Translations under genes and position numbers: made by a program | Notes under the pieces: generated by a model | The model's database searches: none | Seen by the model: the letters and a program-made list of their open reading frames with translations, nothing else | Told to the model about the DNA's origin: nothing | Assembly: GCA_036009645.1 (NCBI GenBank) | Contig: DASYLH010000016.1 | Span: 2,165 to 66,164, forward strand | Reading direction: 5' to 3' | DNA length: 64,000 bases | DNA from: Conexibacter sp. | Lineage (GTDB): Bacteria > Actinomycetota > Thermoleophilia > Solirubrobacterales > Solirubrobacteraceae | In this document: piece after piece, positions 8,756-16,823 of the stretch | Layout of the letters: the number at the start of each line of letters is the position of its first letter | Position numbering within the stretch: position 1 is the first letter of the stretch

Positions 8756-10453
8756 ATGTCGATCGTGACCGATCCCGCCGCCGCCCAGGACGAGCGCGAG
8801 GCGCGCCGGCGCCGTCCCGCGATCGTCGCCGTCGACGACGAGCCGGCGGTCCTCGCCGCTGTCGCGCGCGACCTGCGCCGCGGCTTCGGTGAGCGCTTCC
8901 GCATCGTGCGCGCGAGCTCGGGCGACGAGGCGCTCGGCGTCTTGAGAGAGCTCGTCGCGCGTGGGGATCAGGTCGCGCTGCTCGTCGCTGACCAGCGCAT
9001 GCCCGGGATGTCCGGCACCGAATACCTCGTTGAGGCGCGCAAGTTCGTGCCCGGCGCCAAGCGCGTGCTGCTGACCGCTTATGCCGACACCGAGGCGGCG
9101 ATTCAGGCGATCAACGAGGTCGCCTTGGACTACTACCTGCTGAAGCCGTGGGATCCGCCGGAGGAGCAGCTGTTCCCCGTCGTCGAGGACCTGCTGACGA
9201 CGTGGGAGGCGGGCGCCGCGATCGAGTCCGGCGGCGTGCGGCTCGTCGGCCACCGCTTCAGCCGCGACTCGCACGAGCTGCGCGACTTCCTCGCACGCAA
9301 CCGCGTCCCCGCCCGTTGGCTCGACGTCGAGCGCGACGGCGAGGCGCGCGAGCTGCTCGCAGTCGCGGGCGTCGAGGACACCGGCCTGCCGGTCGCGCTG
9401 CTGGAGGACGGCAGCGTGCTCGAGCGCCCGACCGTGCTTGAGCTGGCTGAGCGGCTCGGCGTCGCTGCGCAGCCGTCGGCCGAGCACTACGACCTCGTGA
9501 TCGTCGGCGGCGGTCCGGCCGGGCTCGCGGCCGCGGTCTACGGCGCCAGCGAGGGACTGCGAACTGTGATGGTGGAGCGCGAGGCCCCCGGCGGCCAGGC
9601 CGGCATGTCGAGCCGCATCGAGAACTACCTCGGCTTCCCCGCCGGCCTGTCTGGCTCGGACCTCGCGCGCCGCGCGACCGACCAGGCGCGCCGCCTCGGC
9701 GCCGAGCTGCTGACGGTGCAGGACGCGGCCGCGCTGCGGGTCGAGGGCTCGGGGCGCTTCGTTGAGCTGACCGGCGGCGGCACCCTGTCAGCCAACACGG
9801 TGCTGATCGCCTCCGGCGTCGCCTACCGCAAGCTGGAGGCGCCCGGCTTCGCCGAGCTGACCGGCAGCGGCATCTACTACGGCGCCGCGCTGACCGAGGC
9901 GCGCGCGTGCAAGGACCAGCACGTCGTCGTGATCGGCGGCGCCAACTCCGCCGGCCAGGCGGCCGTCTACTTCTCCGGCTGGGCCGGCAAGGTGACGATG
10001 CTCGTGCGCGGCGCTGGGCTGGAGTCCTCGATGTCGCAGTACCTGATCGAGCAGATCGCGGGGCTTGAGAACGTCGAGGTGCGCACGCGCAGCCAGGCGG
10101 TCGCAGCCGAGGGCGAGGACGGGCACCTGCGCGCGCTGACGATCCGCGGCGCGGATGGCGCCGAGACAGTCGAGTCGGCCGATGCCTGCTTCGTCTTCAT
10201 CGGCGCTGCGCCGCGCACCGACTGGCTGTCCGAGGTCATCGCTCGCGACGAGCGCGGCTTCATCCTCGCCGGCGCCGACGCGAGAGCGGCCGGCTGGCCG
10301 CTCAGACGCGACCCCTACGTGCTGGAGTCGAGCGTGCCCGGCGTGTTCGTCGCCGGCGACGTGCGCGCGCGCTCGATCAAGCGCGTCGCCAGTGCGGTGG
10401 GGGAGGGCTCGATGGCGGTGTCCTTGATCCACGAGTACTTGGCGGAGGCATGA
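8756..10453 (+). CDS. Receiver domain-thioredoxin reductase-like (TrxB) fusion
   Basis: N-terminal REC (AVDDEP..VADQRMP..LLKPW), glutaredoxin-like middle, GGGPAGLAAA FAD motif, GGANSAGQAA NAD(P)H motif, VFVAGDV. Confidence 0.9.
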   Translation: MSIVTDPAAAQDEREARRRRPAIVAVDDEPAVLAAVARDLRRGFGERFRIVRASSGDEALGVLRELVARGDQVALLVADQRMPGMSGTEYLVEARKFVPGAKRVLLTAYADTEAAIQAINEVALDYYLLKPWDPPEEQLFPVVEDLLTTWEAGAAIESGGVRLVGHRFSRDSHELRDFLARNRVPARWLDVERDGEARELLAVAGVEDTGLPVALLEDGSVLERPTVLELAERLGVAAQPSAEHYDLVIVGGGPAGLAAAVYGASEGLRTVMVEREAPGGQAGMSSRIENYLGFPAGLSGSDLARRATDQARRLGAELLTVQDAAALRVEGSGRFVELTGGGTLSANTVLIASGVAYRKLEAPGFAELTGSGIYYGAALTEARACKDQHVVVIGGANSAGQAAVYFSGWAGKVTMLVRGAGLESSMSQYLIEQIAGLENVEVRTRSQAVAAEGEDGHLRALTIRGADGAETVESADACFVFIGAAPRTDWLSEVIARDERGFILAGADARAAGWPLRRDPYVLESSVPGVFVAGDVRARSIKRVASAVGEGSMAVSLIHEYLAEA

Positions 10454-11862
10454 CCGCGGCGAGCGCTCCGAGCGTCGAGGAGCTGCGCGCGATCGACCTG
10501 TTCGACGGGCTCGACGACGAGCAGCTCGGCGTGTGGGCGGCCGCGGCGCAGACGCGCGACATCGCGCCCGGCGAGGTGCTGGTCGAGCAGGACGCGCCGT
10601 CGAGAGGGCTGTGGCTGCTGCTGGAGGGCGAGGTCGAGTCGCTCGTCGTGGCGGACGGGCGCAGCGAGCGGATCGGCCATCAGGAGGCGCCGACGTGGAT
10701 GGGCGCGATCGCGGCGCTGACGGAGGCGCCGGTCGGCGTCGAGATTCGCGCGATGACCCCGGGGCGGGTCGCGCTCGTGCCGCCCGAGCGGTTCGTCGAA
10801 CTGGCGCTCGCGACGCCGTCGGTGCACCGCAAGGTGATGCAGCGCGTTGGTCCCGTGCTGAGCCGGCTGAGCGCGCGAGAGCAGCACCGCGAGCGGCTCG
10901 CCGCGCTCGGCACGATGGCGGCTGGGCTCGCGCACGAGCTGAACAACCCGGCGGCGGCCGCGAACCGCGCCGCGAGCGACCTGATCGACGCGATTAAGGC
11001 GATCGCTAAGGCGCTCGACGCGTTCGTGGAAGCGGGCGTCGAGCGCGAGGACGCCGAGCAGCTGCTGGCGCTCCAGCGGCAGGCGCTCGACCACGCCGCC
11101 ACCTGCACGGCACTCGACGCGCTGGACGCCGCCGACGAGGAGGACGCGATGCGCGACCGCCTCGAGGACCTCGGCGTCGCCGACGCATGGAGACTTGCGG
11201 AGCCGCTCGCGCGCGCCCGCGTCGACGAGGCGTGGCTGTCCGAGGTCGCCCGGCTCGCCGGCCCGGCGACCGACGCGGCGCTGCGCTGGGTCGCCGCGTC
11301 GCTCACCGCGCGCACGCTCGCGCAGGAGCTGAAGGACTCGACAGAGCGCATGGGCGCGCTCGTCGGCGCGGTCAAGTCGTATGCGTACATGGACCGCGGT
11401 GGGCTCGTCGAGGCTGACGTGCACGAGGGATTGGAGACCACCCTCGTCGTGCTCGGCCACAAGCTCAAGCACACGCGCATCGAGATCGTCCGCGACTACG
11501 ACCGCTCGCTGCCGAAGGTCACCGTCCACGGCTCGGAGCTGAACCAGGTGTGGACGAACCTGCTCGACAACGCGATCGACGCGCTCGGGGAGTCGGGCAC
11601 GATCACGCTCCGCACCTCGCTCGACGGGCCGTGCATCCGCGTTGACATCGCCGACGACGGGCCAGGCATCCCGGAGGCGCTGCGCGCACGCGTGCTGGAG
11701 CCGTTCTTCACCACGAAGGATGCTGGGCGCGGGACCGGGCTTGGGCTCGACACCGCGCGTCGCATCGTCGAGGAGCGCCACACCGGCACGCTTGGCTTCG
11801 ACAGCGGGCCCCAGGGGACGACGTTCCACGTGTGGCTGCCGCTGGAGGGCACCGCGCGCTGA
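10450..11862 (+). CDS. Cyclic-nucleotide-binding-domain histidine kinase
   Basis: N-terminal cNMP fold, AHELNNPAAA H-box, NQVWTNLLDNAIDA, DDGPGI, FFTTKDAGRGTGLGL; ATGA overlap with previous gene. Confidence 0.92.
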   Translation: MTAASAPSVEELRAIDLFDGLDDEQLGVWAAAAQTRDIAPGEVLVEQDAPSRGLWLLLEGEVESLVVADGRSERIGHQEAPTWMGAIAALTEAPVGVEIRAMTPGRVALVPPERFVELALATPSVHRKVMQRVGPVLSRLSAREQHRERLAALGTMAAGLAHELNNPAAAANRAASDLIDAIKAIAKALDAFVEAGVEREDAEQLLALQRQALDHAATCTALDALDAADEEDAMRDRLEDLGVADAWRLAEPLARARVDEAWLSEVARLAGPATDAALRWVAASLTARTLAQELKDSTERMGALVGAVKSYAYMDRGGLVEADVHEGLETTLVVLGHKLKHTRIEIVRDYDRSLPKVTVHGSELNQVWTNLLDNAIDALGESGTITLRTSLDGPCIRVDIADDGPGIPEALRARVLEPFFTTKDAGRGTGLGLDTARRIVEERHTGTLGFDSGPQGTTFHVWLPLEGTAR

Positions 11863-11886
11863 GCGCGCGGCGGCGGGTCCGTCAGT

Positions 11887-12078
11887 TCAGGCGGCGACCG
11901 GCTGCACGCCGCGGGCCTGCAGCGCGTCGACCGAGACGACGCTCACTTCAAGCGTGCGGCAGTTCTCGACGAGTCGCAGCGACCTGTCCTGCGGCAGCTC
12001 GCCGACGACGCCGAGCAGCGTCGTGCCGTCGGTCAGGTAGGAGCCGACGGCGAACAGGTTGGGCATGCGAGTGGACAT
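11887..12078 (-). CDS. Small hypothetical protein (~63 aa)
   Basis: MSTRMPNLFAVGSYLTDGTTLLGVVGEL..LVENCRTLEVSVV; protein-like composition, downstream of XRE gene. Confidence 0.6.
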   Translation of the reverse strand: MSTRMPNLFAVGSYLTDGTTLLGVVGELPQDRSLRLVENCRTLEVSVVSVDALQARGVQPVAA

Positions 12079-12131
12079 GCGAGCAAGCCTACGGTCGCGC
12101 AGTCGCGCCGCCATCAGGGGCGAGCCGCGAG

Positions 12132-12386
12132 CTACGTCGGTGTTTTCCCGTCGTCAACTTCGTAGAGCTCTGCTACGCGCACGCCGAGCGCGTCAGCGAG
12201 GCGCACGACGGTCGTGGAGCGCGGGTCCTTGTTCGCACGCTCGATCTCGCTGAGGTGCTTGGGGTGGATGTCGGCGGCATAGGCGAGCGCCTCCTGCGAC
12301 AGCTCGCGCTCGCGGCGCAGATGCCGGATCGCGCCGGCGAGGGCGAGCAGCTCAGGGGCGGGTGGCGCCAACCGTCTGCGCGTCAT
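12132..12386 (-). CDS. XRE-family HTH regulator (paralogue 1)
   Basis: AIRHLRRERELSQEALAYAADIHPKHLSEIERANKDPRSTTVVRLADALGV; start set at ATG 12386. Confidence 0.9.
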   Translation of the reverse strand: MTRRRLAPPAPELLALAGAIRHLRRERELSQEALAYAADIHPKHLSEIERANKDPRSTTVVRLADALGVRVAELYEVDDGKTPT

Positions 12387-12414
12387 CGAGCCATATCTCG
12401 CTGTGCGAACAACA

Positions 12415-12428
12415 CGAACATATGTTCG
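12415..12428. promoter_or_regulatory. LexA (SOS) box, Gram-positive/actinobacterial type
   Basis: Perfect CGAAC-ATAT-GTTCG upstream of XRE paralogue 1, within a larger TGTGCGAAC..GTTCGCACA inverted repeat (12402-12432). Confidence 0.8.
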
Positions 12429-12458
12429 CACACGACGCAAGTCCGTGCGCCGGTTGTG

Positions 12459-12698
12459 TCAGGACTCGAGCCGCTCGTCAAATGCTCTGAACAGCTCGTT
12501 CGAGCTCAGCTCCAACGCGTCCGCGAGCTTCAGGACCGTCGTGAGGCGTGGGTCCTTGTTCGCCCGCTCGATCTCGCCCACGTGCTTCGCGCTCAGGCCC
12601 GCTTCGTCGGCGAGTGCCTCCTGTGAAAGGTCGCGGTCGCGGCGCGCTTTTCGCAGGGTGCGACCAAAGGCAAGCAACTGTGGTGAGGCGGTACGCAT
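12459..12698 (-). CDS. XRE-family HTH regulator (paralogue 2)
   Basis: FGRTLRKARRDRDLSQEALADEAGLSAKHVGEIERANKDPRLTTVLKLADALEL. Confidence 0.92.
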   Translation of the reverse strand: MRTASPQLLAFGRTLRKARRDRDLSQEALADEAGLSAKHVGEIERANKDPRLTTVLKLADALELSSNELFRAFDERLES

Positions 12699-12794
12699 CC
12701 GTACCGTGAAACCTTCACCACCGATGACGGTTCAGCCACCGTCTCCTGACGGTAATTCTCCACCGGAAGACGGCTTTCTGGCTATAGTCACCCT

Positions 12795-12955
12795 TCCGGC
12801 GTCTTGGCACCCCAGCTTCGCTGACGTGTGACTCCCCCTCACCACGTCAGCACGGCAGGCAGGGGACCGGGTGCCGGTTTCCCCTCACCGAGCTTGGCTC
12901 GGAGCGGGTTGTGCGAGCGCCCCGGGAGCTCCCAGGCCCCGGGGCGTTTGCTGTT
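12795..12955 (+). ncRNA. Candidate structured small RNA (four consecutive hairpins)
   Basis: TATAGT -10-like hexamer at 12783-12788; stems 12820-12851, 12861-12885, 12888-12902, 12918-12946, last followed by TTTGCTGTT. Ends are estimated. Confidence 0.45.
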
Positions 12956-13066
12956 CTCGTTGGCCTCATGGTCTGTGTGCGAACCGGCTCGGGCCGGTCG
13001 CTTGCATTGCGGCGACTATCGCGATATATCTTTACGCATCGAGATATTCCAACGTAAGGAGCCGAG

Positions 13067-13756
13067 ATGTTTCGGTCTACTCCACAATTCGCAGGTGCAG
13101 GACCCGGGGGATGCGGGCACGCCAGCTTCGATCCGCGCTGGCGCGCGATGACCGGTCGTCATGAACACGGCCATGGACCGGGTCGCCACGGTGGCGGTCC
13201 GTACGGACCGGGCGGAGGCGCAGGCTTCCCGTTCGGCTGGGGGCCGATGGGCGGCCCGGGCGGCGGCGGAGGCCGTCGCGGACGGCGCGCACGCCGCGGC
13301 GACGTGCGCACCGCGACGTTGCTGCTGCTCGCCGAGGAGCCGCGCAACGGCTACCAGATCATGCAGGAGCTCGAGGAGCGCAGCGGCGGGGCCTGGCGCC
13401 CCAGCGCGGGGTCCGTCTACCCGGCCCTGCAGCTGCTCGAGGACGAGGGCCTGATCCGCTCCGAGCAGGTCGACGGACGCAAGCTGCTGCATCTCACTGA
13501 TGCCGGCCGCACGCTCGTCGCCGAGCGAGGCGAGGACCAGCCCGCGCCCTGGGATCAGATGGCCGACGACATTCCCGACGACGCACGCGCCATCATGAAG
13601 GTTGTGAAGGAGGTAATGATCGCGACAAGCCAGGTGATGCAGAGCGGCAGCGCGTCGCAGCGCGCGGAAGCGCGCAGACTGCTCGTCAATCTGCGGCGCG
13701 ACCTGTACGGAATCCTCGCCACCGGCGAGGGTGACGACGGCGAGGGTGACGCGTGA
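13067..13756 (+). CDS. PadR-family regulator with His/Gly-rich N-terminus
   Basis: RARRGDVRTATLLLLAEEPRNGYQIMQELEERSGGAWRPSAGSVYPALQLLEDEG; AAGGAG RBS before ATG 13067. Confidence 0.92.
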   Translation: MFRSTPQFAGAGPGGCGHASFDPRWRAMTGRHEHGHGPGRHGGGPYGPGGGAGFPFGWGPMGGPGGGGGRRGRRARRGDVRTATLLLLAEEPRNGYQIMQELEERSGGAWRPSAGSVYPALQLLEDEGLIRSEQVDGRKLLHLTDAGRTLVAERGEDQPAPWDQMADDIPDDARAIMKVVKEVMIATSQVMQSGSASQRAEARRLLVNLRRDLYGILATGEGDDGEGDA

Positions 13757-14730
13757 CCGACCTCGCGGTCCAGGTGCGCGAGTTGGTGAAGCGCTTCGGC
13801 GAGGTCGAGGCGGTGCGCGGCATCGACCTCGACGTCGCCGCCGGCGAGACGTTCGGCTTCCTCGGCCCCAACGGCGCCGGCAAGTCGACGACGATTTCGA
13901 TGCTGTGCACGCTGCTGCCGCCCGACGGCGGCAGCGCGCTCGTCGCCGGCCACGACGTCGTGCGCGAGCGCGACGCCGTGCGCCGCAACATCGGTCTCGT
14001 CTTCCAGGATCCGACGCTGGACGGCTACTTGACGGCCGAGCAGAACCTGCGCTTCCACGCCGAGCTGTACGGCGTGCCGAAGGCGGTCGTGCCGGCGCGC
14101 ATGCAGCTCGTGCTGGAGATGGTCGGCCTGTGGGAGCGACGCAGAAGCCTCGTCCAGACGTACTCGGGCGGCATGAAGCGCCGGCTCGAGATCGCACGCG
14201 GACTGCTCCACGCTCCGCGCGTGCTGTTCCTCGACGAGCCGACGGTCGGGCTCGACCCGCAGACGCGCAGCTCGATTTGGGGGTACATCGAGCAGCTGAA
14301 GCAGGCCGAGGACATCACGATCTTCCTCACCACGCACTACATGGACGAGGCCGAGCACTGCGATCGCATCGCGATCATCGACCAAGGCAGAGTGATCGCG
14401 CTCGACACGCCGGAGGCGCTGAAGGCGAGCGTCGGCAAGGACCGCGTGCAGCTGCAGGTCGACGACACCGACGCGGCGATCGATGCGCTGCGCGAGCGCT
14501 TTGGCCTGGAGGCGACGATCGCCGAGGGCAACGTGACGGTCGCGGTCGAGGGCGGCGAGGCGTTCGTGCCGCGGCTGTTCGCCGAGCTGGGCGTGCCGAT
14601 CCGCGGCGTCAGCGTCGCGCGGCCGTCGCTCGACGACGTGTTCATGTCCTACACCGGCACGACGATCCGCGACGCGGAGTCGGCGGGCGGTCCGGACCCG
14701 CTCGCGCGGATGATGGCGGGGCGGCGCTGA
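13753..14730 (+). CDS. DrrA-type ABC exporter ATP-binding protein
   Basis: GPNGAGKST, YSGGMKRRLEIARGL, FLDEPTVGLDP, TTHYMDEAE. Confidence 0.93.
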   Translation: MTDLAVQVRELVKRFGEVEAVRGIDLDVAAGETFGFLGPNGAGKSTTISMLCTLLPPDGGSALVAGHDVVRERDAVRRNIGLVFQDPTLDGYLTAEQNLRFHAELYGVPKAVVPARMQLVLEMVGLWERRRSLVQTYSGGMKRRLEIARGLLHAPRVLFLDEPTVGLDPQTRSSIWGYIEQLKQAEDITIFLTTHYMDEAEHCDRIAIIDQGRVIALDTPEALKASVGKDRVQLQVDDTDAAIDALRERFGLEATIAEGNVTVAVEGGEAFVPRLFAELGVPIRGVSVARPSLDDVFMSYTGTTIRDAESAGGPDPLARMMAGRR

Positions 14731-15605
14731 TGGCCACCACCGAGACCCGTCCGGCAGCCGCGTCGCCGGTCCGCGTCGTCATCCCACCGGGCGGCTGGCG
14801 CGCCGACCTGCGCGGGATCAAGGTCGTCTGGCAGCGCGAGCTGATCCGCTTCTGGCGCGACAAGCTGCGGATCGTCACCTCGCTGCTGCAGCCATTGATT
14901 TTTCTGTTCGTGCTCGGCGGCGGGCTCGCGCAGATCGCCTCCGGCGGCACCGAGGGCGTCGACCTGCGTACGTTCATGTTCCCCGGCGTGCTGGCGATGG
15001 CGGTGCTGTTCACCGCGATGTTCAGCGCCGCATCGGTCGTGTGGGACCGCGAGTACGGCTTCCTGCGCGAGATGCTCGTCGCGCCCGTACGGCGTGGCTC
15101 GATCGTGCTCGGCAAGTGCTTCGGCGGCGCGACCGTCGCCGCCTTCCAGGGCGTGATCGTGATGGCACTCGCGCCGCTCGTGCACGTGCCCTACTCGGTC
15201 TCGATGATCCTCGAGGTGCTCGCGCTGCAGCTGCTGCTCGCGTTCATGATCACCGCCTTCGGCGTGATGGCGGCGGTGCAGATCAGCCAGATGCAGGCGT
15301 TCATGGCGCTGATGCAGATGGTCGTGATGCCACTGTTGTTCCTCTCTGGCGCGCTGTTCCCGCTGACCGGCCTGCCGCACTGGCTCGCCGTGCTGAACCG
15401 GCTCGACCCGTTGACGTACGCGGTCAACCCGATCCGTGAGGCCGTCTTCGCCAACCTCGACCTGACACCGGCCGCCACCGCGGCACTGCTGCCGGGCATC
15501 ACGTGGTTCGGCTGGCAGGTGCCGATCGCGGTGCAGGTGCTCGTGGTCGTGCTGTGCGCGCTCGCCGCGCTGCAGATCGCGATCTTGAAGTTCAAGCAAG
15601 CGTAG
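14730..15605 (+). CDS. ABC-2 type permease (DrrB-like)
   Basis: VWQRELIRFWRDK.., WDREYGFLREML, FLSGALFP; ATG overlaps the ATPase stop. Confidence 0.92.
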   Translation: MATTETRPAAASPVRVVIPPGGWRADLRGIKVVWQRELIRFWRDKLRIVTSLLQPLIFLFVLGGGLAQIASGGTEGVDLRTFMFPGVLAMAVLFTAMFSAASVVWDREYGFLREMLVAPVRRGSIVLGKCFGGATVAAFQGVIVMALAPLVHVPYSVSMILEVLALQLLLAFMITAFGVMAAVQISQMQAFMALMQMVVMPLLFLSGALFPLTGLPHWLAVLNRLDPLTYAVNPIREAVFANLDLTPAATAALLPGITWFGWQVPIAVQVLVVVLCALAALQIAILKFKQA

Positions 15606-15678
15606 TTTCGCCTTTCGTCACATCTGCTCCCTAGCGTCGCCGGGCGTTCGGTACGTCCAGCGACAAGGGAGCGATGCG

Positions 15679-15930
15679 ATGCGCGCGAAGCACAGATGGG
15701 CGGCGTTCGCCGTCACGGTAGGACTGCTCGCGGGAAGCCTCGGCGGCGGGATCGCGGTCGGCGCGTCTGGCGGTGACGATGCGATGAAGAAGTCGGGGGA
15801 CGCAATGCAGCAGACGACGTCGTCTGGGGACGCGATGAAGAAGGACACGTCCAGCTCGGGCGACGCGATGCAGCAGCAGGACCCGGCCGCCTCGGGCGCG
15901 GCGATGAGCGCCGCCCAGATGACGGGATGA
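15679..15930 (+). CDS. Small secreted Met-rich repeat protein (MXKDX-like)
   Basis: Signal peptide followed by DAMKKSGDAMQQ..GDAMKKD..GDAMQQQD repeats. Confidence 0.75.
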   Translation: MRAKHRWAAFAVTVGLLAGSLGGGIAVGASGGDDAMKKSGDAMQQTTSSGDAMKKDTSSSGDAMQQQDPAASGAAMSAAQMTG

Positions 15931-16727
15931 GCGCCGCCGCCCGCCGCCTCGGGTTCGCGCTCGCGGCGGCGGGCCTCGTGGTCGTGGGGTTGGTGGTGGG
16001 GTCACTGCTCGTGCCGGGCAGCGGCTCGTCGGCACCAGCCGGATCCGGCGCGGGTGGCGGCTCCGCGGCGAGCGTTTCCACTCGTGTTCGCGGCGCCGGG
16101 AACGGAGCGGACTCGGACACGGGTGTGCTTCGCATGGGCGTCAGCCTTGTGGCGAACGTGCGCGGAACGCGCCCGTTCGCGGTCTACCGCCGGCTCGGCG
16201 CGACCCGCCCCACGCGCCGGCTCGCCGGCCCTGCCGCGCGCGTCTACCTCGTGCGCGAGCGTCGTCCCGGCGGATGGCTGCGTGTACTGCTGCCGGTGCG
16301 GCCGAACGGTGCGAGCGGCTGGATCCGCGCGCGGCGCGTCGAGCTGCGCACCAATCCGTACCGGATCGATGTGCATCTCCGCGCGCACCGGCTCGTCGTG
16401 CGCCGCGGAGATCGAACAGTGCTGCGGACGCCGATCGGCGTCGGTCGCGCCGCTACCCCGACCCCGCGCGGGATCGCGTACGTGACGCGATTGCTCCGCC
16501 AGCCCGATCCGCACGGCGCGTACGGACCGTGGGCCTTCGGCCTGTCCGTCTACTCGCCGGTGCTGACGTCGTTCGGCGGCGGCCCGGGCGAGGTCGGCAT
16601 CCACGGCACGGACGCGCCTGCCGGGATCGGCCGCGACGTCAGCCACGGTTGCATCCGCCTTCCCAACGCGGCGATCGAGCGGCTCGCGCGCACGCTCCCG
16701 CTGGGCACGCCGGTGCGGATCGCATGA
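15927..16727 (+). CDS. L,D-transpeptidase (YkuD domain)
   Basis: Membrane anchor; VGIHGTD..DVSHGCIRL catalytic His/Cys motif. Confidence 0.9.
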   Translation: MSAAARRLGFALAAAGLVVVGLVVGSLLVPGSGSSAPAGSGAGGGSAASVSTRVRGAGNGADSDTGVLRMGVSLVANVRGTRPFAVYRRLGATRPTRRLAGPAARVYLVRERRPGGWLRVLLPVRPNGASGWIRARRVELRTNPYRIDVHLRAHRLVVRRGDRTVLRTPIGVGRAATPTPRGIAYVTRLLRQPDPHGAYGPWAFGLSVYSPVLTSFGGGPGEVGIHGTDAPAGIGRDVSHGCIRLPNAAIERLARTLPLGTPVRIA

Positions 16728-16823
16728 GCGTCACTTCGTGGTCGCTGAGCGCCCTAAATATGTCGCTCATCAGTCGTCCGGCGCGTTCACACGCACGTAA
16801 TCCCTTCGTGGGATGGTGATCGC

